A stretch of 36,808 bases of DNA from Tubiluchus corallicola (taxonomy: Eukaryota; Animalia; Priapulida): assembly GCA_030141605.1 (NCBI GenBank), contig JAQGDQ010001516.1:1-36808 (forward strand). Reading direction: 5' to 3'. A model generated the notes under the pieces. That model saw nothing but the letters and a program-made list of their open reading frames with translations. It had not been told where the DNA came from and did no database searches. Of this stretch, positions 11,830-24,967 are shown in pieces. The stretch's first letter is position 1; each line of letters begins with the position of its first letter. The translations under genes were made by a program, and so were the position numbers.

Positions 11830-12564
11830 CAGGGGGCGTATAGATCAATAGGCTATAGCCTAGGGAGGGCGCCAAAGTTTGAGGGGCGTTACATTTTAAA
11901 GAAAAAATTCTTATTTTCCTCGGTTTCATATTCGTGTAAGGGGCTCATTTTATAACACACCACAGGCAGTCTCTGAGTGTAGCATTTATGTGTGTCACAT
12001 AACTTACTTTACTTACTTACTTACTTACTTTTACTTACTTTACTTACTTACTTTACTTGCTTGCTTGCTTGCTCGCTCGCTCGCTCGCTCACTCACTCAC
12101 TCACTCACTCACTCACTCACTCACTCACTCACTCACTCACTCACTCACTCACTCACTCACTCACTCACTCACTCACTCACTCACTCACTCCCTCACTCAC
12201 TCACTCACTCACTCACTCACTCACTCACTCACTCACTCACTCACTCACTCACTCTCTCACTCACTTATTTACTTACTTACTTACTTACACACCACAGGCA
12301 GTTACTGCGTGTAGCATTTATATGTGTCACATGGCGGTGCGACTCATGTGAACAGGTGAGAGGTACTACGCAACAAACAATTGCGCAGCCTACTTGAACA
12401 TGGGCGCTATGCAAATACATGTAATTAATAATGACCACGTGAAAACTGGGTTAATAGTATTTCTAATACACCACAAGTAATTGTTTGATGTGCTCATTAC
12501 ATAAACAACCATAAATTCACAATACTATCAGCCTAGAACATCGTAACGTCTTGATACGCCCCTG
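11830..12564. mobile_element. Non-autonomous hAT-like element upstream of PGRP carrying a compound microsatellite
   Basis: CAGGGGGCGTAT...ATACGCCCCTG termini; TSD ATTGTAAC/ATTGTAGC (7/8). Confidence 0.75.
12002..12288. repeat. Compound (TTAC)/(TTGC)/(CTCG)/(CTCA)n microsatellite (mirror ~24509-24795)
   Basis: Directly visible; explains the LTHS-repeat ORFs. Confidence 0.97.
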
Positions 12565-14881
12565 ATTGTAGCGGGTGCATGGCCCCTTTTAGGGTTTTTT
12601 TTGCTTCATTTTCCAAATATTAGCCCATTGCTGCCATCTAGTATTTGTTTATAATGCCGTAGTTAAAAGTCGTTTCTCTTTTCAGACTGAAGTATGACTT
12701 CAGCATCTTCAATGCATTAATATTTGATCATTCGAGAACTATGGTAGGATGATTTTTCCTGCCTTATTGGAACAGGTCACGTCACCTCCATAATATTCAT
12801 TTTCACAGTTTCGTTGCACGCACGCGCAGTTGCTGCAGGTCAAAGGTCAAGTGTTCAGCGACGCGTTTTAACTGCAACCAGTCACATGGCGTGTGGGTAA
12901 AGCAAAGGCGTCTTGGGCACGAGTTCAGTAACTTCAGTTGTTTACTTAATTATGCATTAGTCTGTGCATAGAGTGATCTACTAGCAGGATCTTGCTTGGG
13001 AACAAGAAATCTTTAACTGCAGACTTCTTTTCAGAATAAAGAAAATTAAAAATACATTTTGGAGAGCACACACTCATATCTCGGTTTGCCGGACCTCGCT
13101 TTTACGGATATCAGAAGAATCGGACAAAATCTGGACCGTTAAGAAATCTCATAGCATACTACGATTGTTTCACAATCTGACCGCTAGCTGGCGGGCCGTC
13201 ACCTGTTTTACAAAGCTTATGTTAATCTTCAGAAGAAATACAAACAAGATTTATGTACATATTTATTCTGCTTAGCAATATATTCATTAACCAACATCGA
13301 TATTACCAGTGTGAATAATTATTATACAAAACTATTATTGCAATATTGATCATTTAAGTGTGTCTTCTTCCGTCATTGGGATTTCAGTGAAAATTAATCT
13401 TTTATATATTATATAAAGTTGATGTAATAGAAGTATACATGTGAAAGTCATGTTTGAGGTTGTAGTTGAACACTTTGTAGAAAACGAATAAAACACTATA
13501 CTACATATTTGCACAAAACTGAAAGCGTTTATTAGACTAAATACACATGAGTAAAATGAGGATCACGACTGCTGCACTGCACTGAGAGTGTGTGAGTTAG
13601 ACAGTGTGTAGCACGACTGCACTGCACCGAGAACGTGACAGAGAGAGTGACTAGAAGTAGAATCCAGCCAGTATATATAGGTAAAAATAATTATGCAAAC
13701 TTGGCTTCACAAATACCATTACAGTAAAATAGGGGGAGATCCAGTGAGTATGCATATTCACTGGACCGAACAATTATACTAGGGGTGAGTTTGGCTAGTA
13801 AAATGTAAAGTGATTAGTCAATAGATGGCAGCACCTAAAAATATACAGTTACAACTTCCACAATACATAATAATCTAATCGACTATACATTACTGTGATT
13901 ACCTCCACGGAGTTGACTAACACCGCATGTAATGCATTTTTTACGATATCATTATTTTGGATTTTTATTCATGTATAATAATAAATCAAATTTATTAGTA
14001 ATCTTCTTGTCAACCAGAGTACGTTTGCTTTTTCTTCTTCATTTTGTATGCGAAACATTGGTCATTCTTAGGGCATAATGGTTTCACTTGAGTAAGATCA
14101 ATTGTAAGTTTGTTGTTTGTCACAAGTGTGGAAACTCACTTCACCTATACCATTTTACATTCATCAAAATTCACTTAAGTGTAATTAAATACAAACCCTA
14201 AGCGCCGTAACATAGCAAGGTATTAGCCACAACAATTAAAACCGTTTCGGCTTATTTCCAGGGTAGAAACAAAAAACCAAGCAACCAGACAGAAAATTAT
14301 TCCTTTAAATACAATAGTAATTCTAGTTTAATGTGATATTACTGTGGGTGTTATATTTTAATATGAAATAAAAAGAGAGCAAGGAAGATGCACACTTGTC
14401 ACGTACAAGGGTTTCAAACAATCTTAAAGAAATAAAAGAAGGAAGGAACTGTTATTTATTTATTTATTTTTTTATTTATTATGATTATCACATTCAGTAC
14501 AATTTTACATATAATTATTGAGTGTACACAAGTTTAGTGTTGCATTATGTATAAGTATACAAAGTCGTAAAGGCAGTATGAATTACCAAAGTATAATATA
14601 GATCAGAAAAAAATGTAAAAACCGGTTGTATCTATCAAGTAGCTAAACGACAAATAAAAAGGCAAACAAACATCAAGCTTTATAATTCCCTACGTAAACA
14701 GATTGTTTATTGCTCTTTTATTTATATTAATACAGACAGTAAACGAGCACGTGTTTTAATTGTTGACGCTCGTCTTATGCAATTTAGTTCCTACATTTTC
14801 AGCTGTTATACTGGACTTACTCCCTTTTTTATTAGCTCATATCACACATATCACTCGGTTTCACTGTTGCTCAACAACTAA

Positions 14882-15411
14882 GTAATGGCATTATCAGCTT
14901 ACTCAAAACTCACAAAAGTTTTTGAGAATAGGAAGATTTCTTTGGAAACAAAAATTAGAATATTTTCAGCCTTAATTGAAACTGTATTTCTGTATAACTC
15001 TGAGCTCTGGACATTAAAAGTAAATCATAAAGCTGAAATCGATGCATTTCAAAGGCGAAATTACATAAACATTTTGGGTATTAGATGGTCAAAGAAAATT
15101 TCAAACAAAGATCTATATGAAAAAATAAAAGAAGAACCTTGGACAAGAAAAATAAAAAGACGCCGTTTAAGATGGATTGGACATATGCTTAGACTACCTG
15201 ATGATATTCCAGTGAAGATAGCTCTTCAACACGCCATAGAACCAGCTAAAAAACCTGCAGGAGGACAAATGTTAACATATTTAGATTTTGCACAGAAAGA
15301 TTTAAACACTTCAGCACTTCATAGGGGCATTGCGGCGAGCAGGGAGTCCTGGCATAGGGAGGTGAGCAGAATCATGTCCCTGGACGTATGATTCATTGGA
15401 TGATGATGATG
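14882..15411 (+). mobile_element. 5'-truncated RTE-clade LINE (ORF2 C-terminus) with (GAT)n tail
   Basis: ORF 14885-15391 has TKIRIF..LI..VFLYNSELW, ILGIRW..KISN..LY and IKRRRLRWIGHMLR motifs of the post-RT region of RTE LINEs; tail gatgatgatgatg; 9-bp TSD AACAACTAA (14873-14881, 15412-15420). Confidence 0.9.
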
Positions 15412-15603
15412 AACAACTAAATATTTTCATTAATCTAACCCATCCTCAAGAATGAATACACATCCTCATAAATGAGTAATACAATTATCCGCATACAATT
15501 GCCCATCTTTAACTCCTTCAGGATCGTAACTGTCTGTTGCATTTTGCATGAGTTCATGAAGAACTGTTTCAGTAAAATTAATTTGGTTGTATAGTGGGTA
15601 GTG

Positions 15604-15954
15604 CGTTGTATTGGTTGTGTGTAGCTGTTTATTGAAGCTTGAGGAATGGCAAAGCTATGAAGAGTCTGATTATAAAACGACACGTTTATTAAATATCAAC
15701 ACAATAAATATAATAAATAGCAATGCCAAAGGCCCCTGATCTAATGGTCTGTACGCTCCGGCTCCCAGACTCAATCTGAGACTAATTTCCCCAGCTGGAG
15801 GTCCCGCACGCCTTATATATCGACGCCTCAATTCCTAGATCACGTAATCACGTGACACCAGTCCTTAACTGGCTTCATCATACCAGCATCTATCAACATA
15901 ATTATTTATCATAATCTACTGCTTTTAACATAATTTAACAGGTTCTCTTTACTG
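15604..15954 (-). mobile_element. LTR-like dispersed repeat, copy B (mirror 20843-21193)
   Basis: Homologous to 1352-1680 in opposite orientation. Confidence 0.6.
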
Positions 15955-16184
15955 TTTCCACTAAGCAGTAATTACTTTATATTTAGTAATTTTTGTAGGT
16001 TTCTACTATTCACACAATGAATTTTCATGCAAAATGATGTATAAAATGCAGTTGTTTATTTTAGACAAATTAAAAATCGATTTTTCACAAAAAATTGAAA
16101 AAAAGCTTGCAGCAATTACAATGTTTGCACTGTTATGAAGTACAGCATCACTTGTGTGATCCTCATCAGCTAAACATCCTTACT

Positions 16185-16454
16185 TTAAGCCATCCTGTTA
16201 AACGAATATACTACAAATATCTTTGTTACAATATATGTAATTGCAATGTTGTGTACAGAAGTAGTGTTGGAGACAATCGGGCCATGGGTTGGAGTAGTAG
16301 TAACATCAGCATAAAATTGCACTTCTTTAATCCACTCCAAATGAGGGGACACTCTTGTAGCATGAGAGGAAATATTGCAAAAATTGCCCGATGCGGAAAA
16401 AACTCCAATTACTTCACCCGTAGATTCCAGTATCATGGGACCTCCAGAATCGCC
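16185..16454 (-). pseudogene. Orphan duplicated terminal exon of the serine protease (GDSGGP exon)
   Basis: Exact mirror of 20343-20612, but the preceding exon (17903-18018) is on the opposite strand relative to this copy. Confidence 0.75.
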
Positions 16455-17350
16455 CTGAAAATGTTTTGTGAATTAAATAAATAGGCTAGTTTGATTTTTG
16501 TCAAATTTTAGAGTTACACATTAACAAGTGAACAGTCTGCAATTGCAAACTTTTGGTTGATAAATTATAGTTTTTCCTGATAATTGAAACAGTTTAAATT
16601 TACGGATTTCAAGGAATTTTTTTATGAAAACCAATGTAAAAATTGGTCCTTGAAATGCGATAACCAAAGTGGTTATGCTAGGTGCGAGCACATGTCTTTA
16701 GGTTGTACTGAAGTATATCGCTAAGCAGCGGCCGACCAGCTAAGTGGCACATGGCAATTGTTAGTAATGTAGTTTGTACTAGAGAGAAAAGAATTATTTA
16801 ATAAATATGAAAAAGAAAAAGCAAGGTAGATCAGTAAGAACAGCATAGCACTAAAAAGCAGTTTGGAGAAAGAGGGTCATGGGAGTAGGTTCACACATCA
16901 TAGTTTTAGTTTTTTGAGAGGTGATTATATTTTCATTTTTGCAGAAGTGTAATTAGTAATTATAAAATGGTTTGTGTTAATGGAGAGAAATTTTGTATAC
17001 GTATAGTTATAATATTTTGCAAGGAATATGTTATGAAAGGAGTAAGGAATACAAAACGACAAATACAAATACAGGTTTTTTGGAGTCCTCAGGAGGAGAC
17101 TTGGAGTCGAATTTCGGCTGCTGATTTCAAGTAATTTTTTGTGACGCCAAAGTAGACACCTGAATCACCTGATTATTTGAGTATAATTTCTACAGTAGGC
17201 TTTTTGAAGTCACTCTTTTGCAACTGTGACTCTCTTGCTGTTCTTACATGCGAGGCAGCTGCTCTTAAATCCAGTTTCCCTAAAAGCTTCTTACCTGTGA
17301 ATTTCTTTATCTCACTTTGAGAATGTCATGTATATATATTTAATTGTTCT

Positions 17351-17602
<252 letters not shown>

Positions 17603-17902
17603 AGTGTTCAGTGCAGGACACTCTCATTCTCAGTGTTCAGTGCAGCAGTCATGCTACTCATGTGTCTGTAGTTTTAATAAACACTTTTCTGTTGTGTGCA
17701 GTGCAAATATGTATTATAGATTTTTTATTCCTATTCATACTTCTGTGCCTAAACTCAAACATAACAAAGTGAGTGAACAACAACTTCAAAATGACTTTCA
17801 CACTTCACATACAACACGATTTCACCGTTACTAAATCATTTTTTCCATGTAATAGAAAAATCCCTTGGTAAATAATAACAAATAAAGCTCATTTTTTAAC
17901 AG

Positions 17903-20612
17903 GAACCACAGATGTGTTACGGAAGGCAATGTCCCAAGTTGTGACATCTGGAAATTGTGCATATGATAAGCCTCAAGTTGTTGTTTGCGCCGAAATTCCA
18001 GGCGTCTCCAGCTGTTTTGTAAGCACAATTATTTTATCTCAACCTCATTTAATGAACAAAAATATAAATACTACATAATGCAGGCTTGTTAGGATCATTA
18101 AGCGCCATTGTTATAGAATGTTTGTTTATGAAAACCAATGTAAAAATTGGTCCTTGAAATGCGATAACCAAAGTGGTTATGCTAGAGGTGCGAGCACGTC
18201 TTAGGTTGTACTGAAGTATATCGCTAAGCAGCGGCCGACCAGCTAAGTGGCACTTGGCAATTGTTAGTAATGTAGTTTGTACTAGAGAAAAAAGAATTAT
18301 TTAATAAATATGAAAAAGAAAAAGCAAGGTAGATCAGTAAGAACAGCATAGCACTAAAAAGCAGTTTGGAGAAAGAAGGTCATGGGAGCAGGTTTACATA
18401 TTGTAGTTTTAGTTTTTTGAGAGGTGATTATTTATTTTCATTTTTGCAGGAGTGTAATTAGTAATTATAAAATGGTTTGTGTTAATGGAGAGAAATTTTG
18501 TATACGTATAGTTATAATATTTTGCAAGGAATATGTTATGAAAGGAGTAAAGAATACAGAACGACAAATACAAATACAGGTTTTTGGAGTCCTCAGGAGG
18601 AACTTGAGAGTCGAATTTCGGCTGCTAACTCCTCTATAACTCCTCAAAATTTATATACTACATTATGCAGGCTTGTTAGGATCATTAAGTGCCATTGTTT
18701 AATATAAACAAAATTTCAAAGCACGTACATTAGAATTCTCTGTAAGTTGGTTTTTGTCAAGGAATTGTATATATTCGACAAATAAATCGGTTTAAACGAT
18801 TTGTATTGATTGCTATACAAATCCTTGTGAAGACAAGAATAACGAGTGAAATAACTATGTGTTGTAGTCTGTTCTCTTACTTAATCATATATTTGTTTTA
18901 GAAATCTTAATAGATTATCCACAAATTCTTTACCCGAAAAATAGATTAAGCTACCATATGATTCTTAGCAGGAAATAGTGCGCATCCGTGATATTTTAGT
19001 AAATTCTTTAGTAACACCAACTCTGAAATAGGTCGTGTTTGATTAAATGTTGCTGCATAACAGCTAGAACAGTCAGGGCCTTTTTCAGCCTAAGCGAGGC
19101 CCAGGGAAGTGGGGTGTGTGAGGCTCCCTTGCGGAGAGGGGGCGAAGCGCCGGGAGCGGGCGCCACCCAGAAAATTTTTGAACTGCTAGAATGCCGGAGA
19201 AGCATTTTCGAAGAAAAAATATGGAATTATACAGTTGTTAAAGGAAAGAACAATTGAAAGTAAAACTGCTTTATTCTCAAGACCAGTCCTTAATACTTCT
19301 CAATACTGGCAAACGGCGCGCGTGTGGCAAGAGAGAGAGAGAGGAGGCAGTATGTCGCATAAAGCAAAAAAAGTTACCTCGGCGTGAGGCCCCCCTGGAG
19401 GGTGAGGCCCCGAAGTATCCCCACTTCCCCCCTTGAAATAGGGCCTGAGAACAATTAAATATATATACATGACATTCTCAAAGTGAGATAAAGAAATTCA
19501 CAGGTAAGAAGCTTTTAGGGAAACTGGATTTAAGAGCAGCTGCCTCGCATGTAAGAACAGCAAGAGAGTCACAGTTGCAAAAGAGTGACTTCAAAAAGCC
19601 TACTGTAGAAATTATACTCAAATAATCAGGTGATTCAGGTGTCTACTTTGGCGTCACAAAAAATTACTTGAAATCAGCAGCCGAAATTCGACTCCAAGTC
19701 TCCTCCTGAGGACTCCAAAAAACCTGTATTTGTATTTGTCGTTTTGTATTCCTTACTCCTTTCATAACATATTCCTTGCAAAATATTATAACTATACGTA
19801 TACAAAATTTCTCTCCATTAACACAAACCATTTTATAATTACTAATTACACTTCTGCAAAAATGAAAATATAATCACCTCTCAAAAAACTAAAACTATGA
19901 TGTGTGAACCTACTCCCATGACCCTCTTTCTCCAAACTGTTTTTAGCGCTATCCTGTTCTTACTGACCTACCTGACTTTTTCTTTTTCACATTTATTACA
20001 TAATTCTTTTCTCTCTAGTACAAACTACATTACTAACAATTGCCATGTGCCACTTAGCTGGTCGGCCGCTGCTTAGCGATATACTTCAGTACAACCTAAA
20101 GACATGTGCTCGCACCTAGCATAACCACTTTGGTTATCGCATTTCAAGGACCAATTTTTACATTGGTTTTCATAAAAAAATTCCTTGAAATCCGTAAATT
20201 TAAACTGTTTCAATTATCAGGAAAAACTATAATTTATCAACCAAAAGTTTGCAATTGCAGACTGTTCACTTGTTAATGTGTAACTCTAAAATTTGACAAA
20301 AATCAAACTAGCCTATTTATTTAATTCACAAAACATTTTCAGGGCGATTCTGGAGGTCCCATGATACTGGAATCTACGGGTGAAGTAATTGGAGTTTTTT
20401 CCGCATCGGGCAATTTTTGCAATATTTCCTCTCATGCTACAAGAGTGTCCCCTCATTTGGAGTGGATTAAAGAAGTGCAATTTTATGCTGATGTTACTAC
20501 TACTCCAACCCATGGCCCGATTGTCTCCAACACTACTTCTGTACACAACATTGCAATTACATATATTGTAACAAAGATATTTGTAGTATATTCGTTTAAC
20601 AGGATGGCTTAA
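17903..20612 (+). CDS. 3' part (last two exons) of a chymotrypsin-like S1A serine protease; 5' exons not found in window
   Basis: Exon 17903-18018 (ttttttaacag|GA ACC...TGT TTT|gtaagc) encodes TTDVLRKAMSQVVTSGNCAYDKPQVVVCAEIPGVSSCF. It joins in phase 0 to exon 20343-20612 (cattttcag|GGC GAT TCT GGA GGT CCC), encoding GDSGGPMILESTGEVIGVFSASGNFC...ATRVSPHLEWIKEV plus an S/T-rich and hydrophobic tail. Catalytic Ser motif present; SSC suggests a chymotrypsin-type S1 pocket. AATAAA at about 20737. Confidence 0.85.
18125..18626 (+). repeat. ~500-bp segment present three times (16621-17122 direct, 19676-20176 inverted)
   Basis: tttatgaaaaccaatg...gaatttcggctgct. The spacer copy is modestly diverged and is flanked by 44-bp direct repeats at 18069-18112 and 18656-18699. 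Confidence 0.92.
19074..19447. mobile_element. hAT MITE family A, complete copy straddling the spacer/right-arm junction
   Basis: CAGGGCCTTTTTCAG...TTGAAATAGGGCCTG termini; TSD AGAACAGT/AGAACAAT (7/8); internal sequence homologous to 244-530. Confidence 0.88.
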
Positions 20613-21385
20613 AGTAAGGATGTTTAGCTGATGAGGATCACACAAGTGATGCTGTACTTCATAACAGTGCAAACATTGTAATTGCTGCAAGCTTTTTTTC
20701 AATTTTTTGTGAAAAATCGATTTTTAATTTGTCTAAAATAAACAACTGCATTTTATACATCATTTTGCATGAAAATTCATTGTGTGAATAGTAGAAACCT
20801 ACAAAAATTACTAAATATAAAGTAATTACTGCTTAGTGGAAACAGTAAAGAGAACCTGTTAAATTATGTTAAAAGCAGTAGATTATGATAAATAATTATG
20901 TTGATAGATGCTGGTATGATGAAGCCAGTTAAGGACTGGTGTCACGTGATTACGTGATCTAGGAATTGAGGCGTCGATATATAAGGCGTGCGGGACCTCC
21001 AGCTGGGGAAATTAGTCTCAGATTGAGTCTGGGAGCCGGAGCGTACAGACCATTAGATCAGGGGCCTTTGGCATTACTATTTATTATATTTATTATGTTG
21101 ATGTTTAATAAATGTGTCATTTTATAATCAGACTCTTCATAGCTTTGCCATTCCTCAAGCTTCAATAAACAGCTACACACAACCAATACAACGCACTACC
21201 CACTATACAACCAAATTAATTTTACTGAAACAGTTCTTCATGAACTCATGCAAAATGCAACAGACAGTTACGATCCTGAAGGAGTTAAAGATGGGCAATT
21301 GTATGCGGATAATTGTATTACTCATTTATGAGGATGTGTATTCATTCTTGAGGATGGGTTAGATTAATGAAAATATTTAGTTGTT

Positions 21386-21915
21386 CATCATCATCATCCA
21401 ATGAATCATACGTCCAGGGACATGATTCTGCTCACCTCCCTATGCCAGGACTCCCTGCTCGCCGCAATGCCCCTATGAAGTGCTGAAGTGTTTAAATCTT
21501 TCTGTGCAAAATCTAAATATGTTAACATTTGTCCTCCTGCAGGTTTTTTAGCTGGTTCTATGGCGTGTTGAAGAGCTATCTTCACTGGAATATCATCAGG
21601 TAGTCTAAGCATATGTCCAATCCATCTTAAACGGCGTCTTTTTATTTTTCTTGTCCAAGGTTCTTCTTTTATTTTTTCATATAGATCTTTGTTTGAAATT
21701 TTCTTTGACCATCTAATACCCAAAATGTTTATGTAATTTCGCCTTTGAAATGCATCGATTTCAGCTTTATGATTTACTTTTAATGTCCAGAGCTCAGAGT
21801 TATACAGAAATACAGTTTCAATTAAGGCTGAAAATATTCTAATTTTTGTTTCCAAAGAAATCTTCCTATTCTCAAAAACTTTTGTGAGTTTTGAGTAAGC
21901 TGATAATGCCATTAC
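21386..21915 (-). mobile_element. 5'-truncated RTE-clade LINE, right-arm copy
   Basis: Mirror of 14882-15411. Confidence 0.9.
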
Positions 21916-24232
21916 TTAGTTGTTGAGCAACAGTGAAACCGAGTGATATGTGTGATATGAGCTAATAAAAAAGGGAGTAAGTCCAGTATAACAGCTGAAA
22001 ATGTAGGAACTAAATTGCATAAGACGAGCGTCAACAATTAAAACACGTGCTCGTTTACTGTCTGTATTAATATAAATAAAAGAGCAATAAACAATCTGTT
22101 TACGTAGGGAATTATAAAGCTTGATGTTTGTTTGCCTTTTTATTTGTCGTTTAGCTACTTGATAGATACAACCGGTTTTTACATTTTTTTCTGATCTATA
22201 TTATACTTTGGTAATTCATACTGCCTTTACGACTTTGTATACTTATACATAATGCAACACTAAACTTGTGTACACTCAATAATTATATGTAAAATTGTAC
22301 TGAATGTGATAATCATAATAAATAAAAAAATAAATAAATAAATAACAGTTCCTTCCTTCTTTTATTTCTTTAAGATTGTTTGAAACCCTTGTACGTGACA
22401 AGTGTGCATCTTCCTTGCTCTCTTTTTATTTCATATTAAAATATAACACCCACAGTAATATCACATTAAACTAGAATTACTATTGTATTTAAAGGAATAA
22501 TTTTCTGTCTGGTTGCTTGGTTTTTTGTTTCTACCCTGGAAATAAGCCGAAACGGTTTTAATTGTTGTGGCTAATACCTTGCTATGTTACGGCGCTTAGG
22601 GTTTGTATTTAATTACACTTAAGTGAATTTTGATGAATGTAAAATGGTATAGGTGAAGTGAGTTTCCACACTTGTGACAAACAACAAACTTACAATTGAT
22701 CTTACTCAAGTGAAACCATTATGCCCTAAGAATGACCAATGTTTCGCATACAAAATGAAGAAGAAAAAGCAAACGTACTCTGGTTGACAAGAAGATTACT
22801 AATAAATTTGATTTATTATTATACATGAATAAAAATCCAAAATAATGATATCGTAAAAAATGCATTACATGCGGTGTTAGTCAACTCCGTGGAGGTAATC
22901 ACAGTAATGTATAGTCGATTAGATTATTATGTATTGTGGAAGTTGTAACTGTATATTTTTAGGTGCTGCCATCTATTGACTAATCACTTTACATTTTACT
23001 AGCCAAACTCACCCCTAGTATAATTGTTCGGTCCAGTGAATATGCATACTCACTGGATCTCCCCCTATTTTACTGTAATGGTATTTGTGAAGCCAAGTTT
23101 GCATAATTATTTTTACCTATATATACTGGCTGGATTCTACTTCTAGTCACTCTCTCTGTCACGTTCTCGGTGCAGTGCAGTCGTGCTACACACTGTCTAA
23201 CTCACACACTCTCAGTGCAGTGCAGCAGTCGTGATCCTCATTTTACTCATGTGTATTTAGTCTAATAAACGCTTTCAGTTTTGTGCAAATATGTAGTATA
23301 GTGTTTTATTCGTTTTCTACAAAGTGTTCAACTACAACCTCAAACATGACTTTCACATGTATACTTCTATTACATCAACTTTATATAATATATAAAAGAT
23401 TAATTTTCACTGAAATCCCAATGACGGAAGAAGACACACTTAAATGATCAATATTGCAATAATAGTTTTGTATAATAATTATTCACACTGGTAATATCGA
23501 TGTTGGTTAATGAATATATTGCTAAGCAGAATAAATATGTACATAAATCTTGTTTGTATTTCTTCTGAAGATTAACATAAGCTTTGTAAAACAGGTGACG
23601 GCCCGCCAGCTAGCGGTCAGATTGTGAAACAATCGTAGTATGCTATGAGATTTCTTAACGGTCCAGATTTTGTCCGATTCTTCTGATATCCGTAAAAGCG
23701 AGGTCCGGCAAACCGAGATATGAGTGTGTGCTCTCCAAAATGTATTTTTAATTTTCTTTATTCTGAAAAGAAGTCTGCAGTTAAAGATTTCTTGTTCCCA
23801 AGCAAGATCCTGCTAGTAGATCACTCTATGCACAGACTAATGCATAATTAAGTAAACAACTGAAGTTACTGAACTCGTGCCCAAGACGCCTTTGCTTTAC
23901 CCACACGCCATGTGACTGGTTGCAGTTAAAACGCGTCGCTGAACACTTGACCTTTGACCTGCAGCAACTGCGCGTGCGTGCAACGAAACTGTGAAAATGA
24001 ATATTATGGAGGTGACGTGACCTGTTCCAATAAGGCAGGAAAAATCATCCTACCATAGTTCTCGAATGATCAAATATTAATGCATTGAAGATGCTGAAGT
24101 CATACTTCAGTCTGAAAAGAGAAACGACTTTTAACTACGGCATTATAAACAAATACTAGATGGCAGCAATGGGCTAATATTTGGAAAATGAAGCAAAAAA
24201 AACCCTAAAAGGGGCCATGCACCCGCTACAAT

Positions 24233-24967
24233 CAGGGGCGTATCAAGACGTTACGATGTTCTAGGCTGATAGTATTGTGAATTTATGGTTGTTTATGTAA
24301 TGAGCACATCAAACAATTACTTGTGGTGTATTAGAAATACTATTAACCCAGTTTTCACGTGGTCATTATTAATTACATGTATTTGCATAGCGCCCATGTT
24401 CAAGTAGGCTGCGCAATTGTTTGTTGCGTAGTACCTCTCACCTGTTCACATGAGTCGCACCGCCATGTGACACATATAAATGCTACACGCAGTAACTGCC
24501 TGTGGTGTGTAAGTAAGTAAGTAAGTAAATAAGTGAGTGAGAGAGTGAGTGAGTGAGTGAGTGAGTGAGTGAGTGAGTGAGTGAGTGAGTGAGTGAGTGA
24601 GTGAGGGAGTGAGTGAGTGAGTGAGTGAGTGAGTGAGTGAGTGAGTGAGTGAGTGAGTGAGTGAGTGAGTGAGTGAGTGAGTGAGTGAGTGAGTGAGTGA
24701 GTGAGTGAGCGAGCGAGCGAGCGAGCAAGCAAGCAAGCAAGTAAAGTAAGTAAGTAAAGTAAGTAAAAGTAAGTAAGTAAGTAAGTAAAGTAAGTTATGT
24801 GACACACATAAATGCTACACTCAGAGACTGCCTGTGGTGTGTTATAAAATGAGCCCCTTACACGAATATGAAACCGAGGAAAATAAGAATTTTTTCTTTA
24901 AAATGTAACGCCCCTCAAACTTTGGCGCCCTCCCTAGGCTATAGCCTATTGATCTATACGCCCCCTG
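24233..24967. mobile_element. Non-autonomous hAT-like element upstream of PGRP, right-arm copy
   Basis: Mirror of 11830-12564. Confidence 0.75.

Noticed and set aside
11990-12397. LTHS-repeat ORFs (and mirrors)
   Set aside because: Translation of the (CTCA)n microsatellite.
12798-13010. AGGTCAAAGGTCA nuclear-receptor DR1-like site
   Set aside because: Part of a dispersed repeat also seen at ~4220-4290 and ~8370-8630; no evidence of regulatory use.
14885-15391. 168-aa ORF as a host gene
   Set aside because: C-terminal fragment of an RTE LINE ORF2 with tail and TSD; lacks RT and endonuclease domains.
16095-16484. 129-aa ORF MKKSLQQ... (and mirror 20313-20702)
   Set aside because: Antisense shadow of the serine protease terminal exon; non-ATG start.
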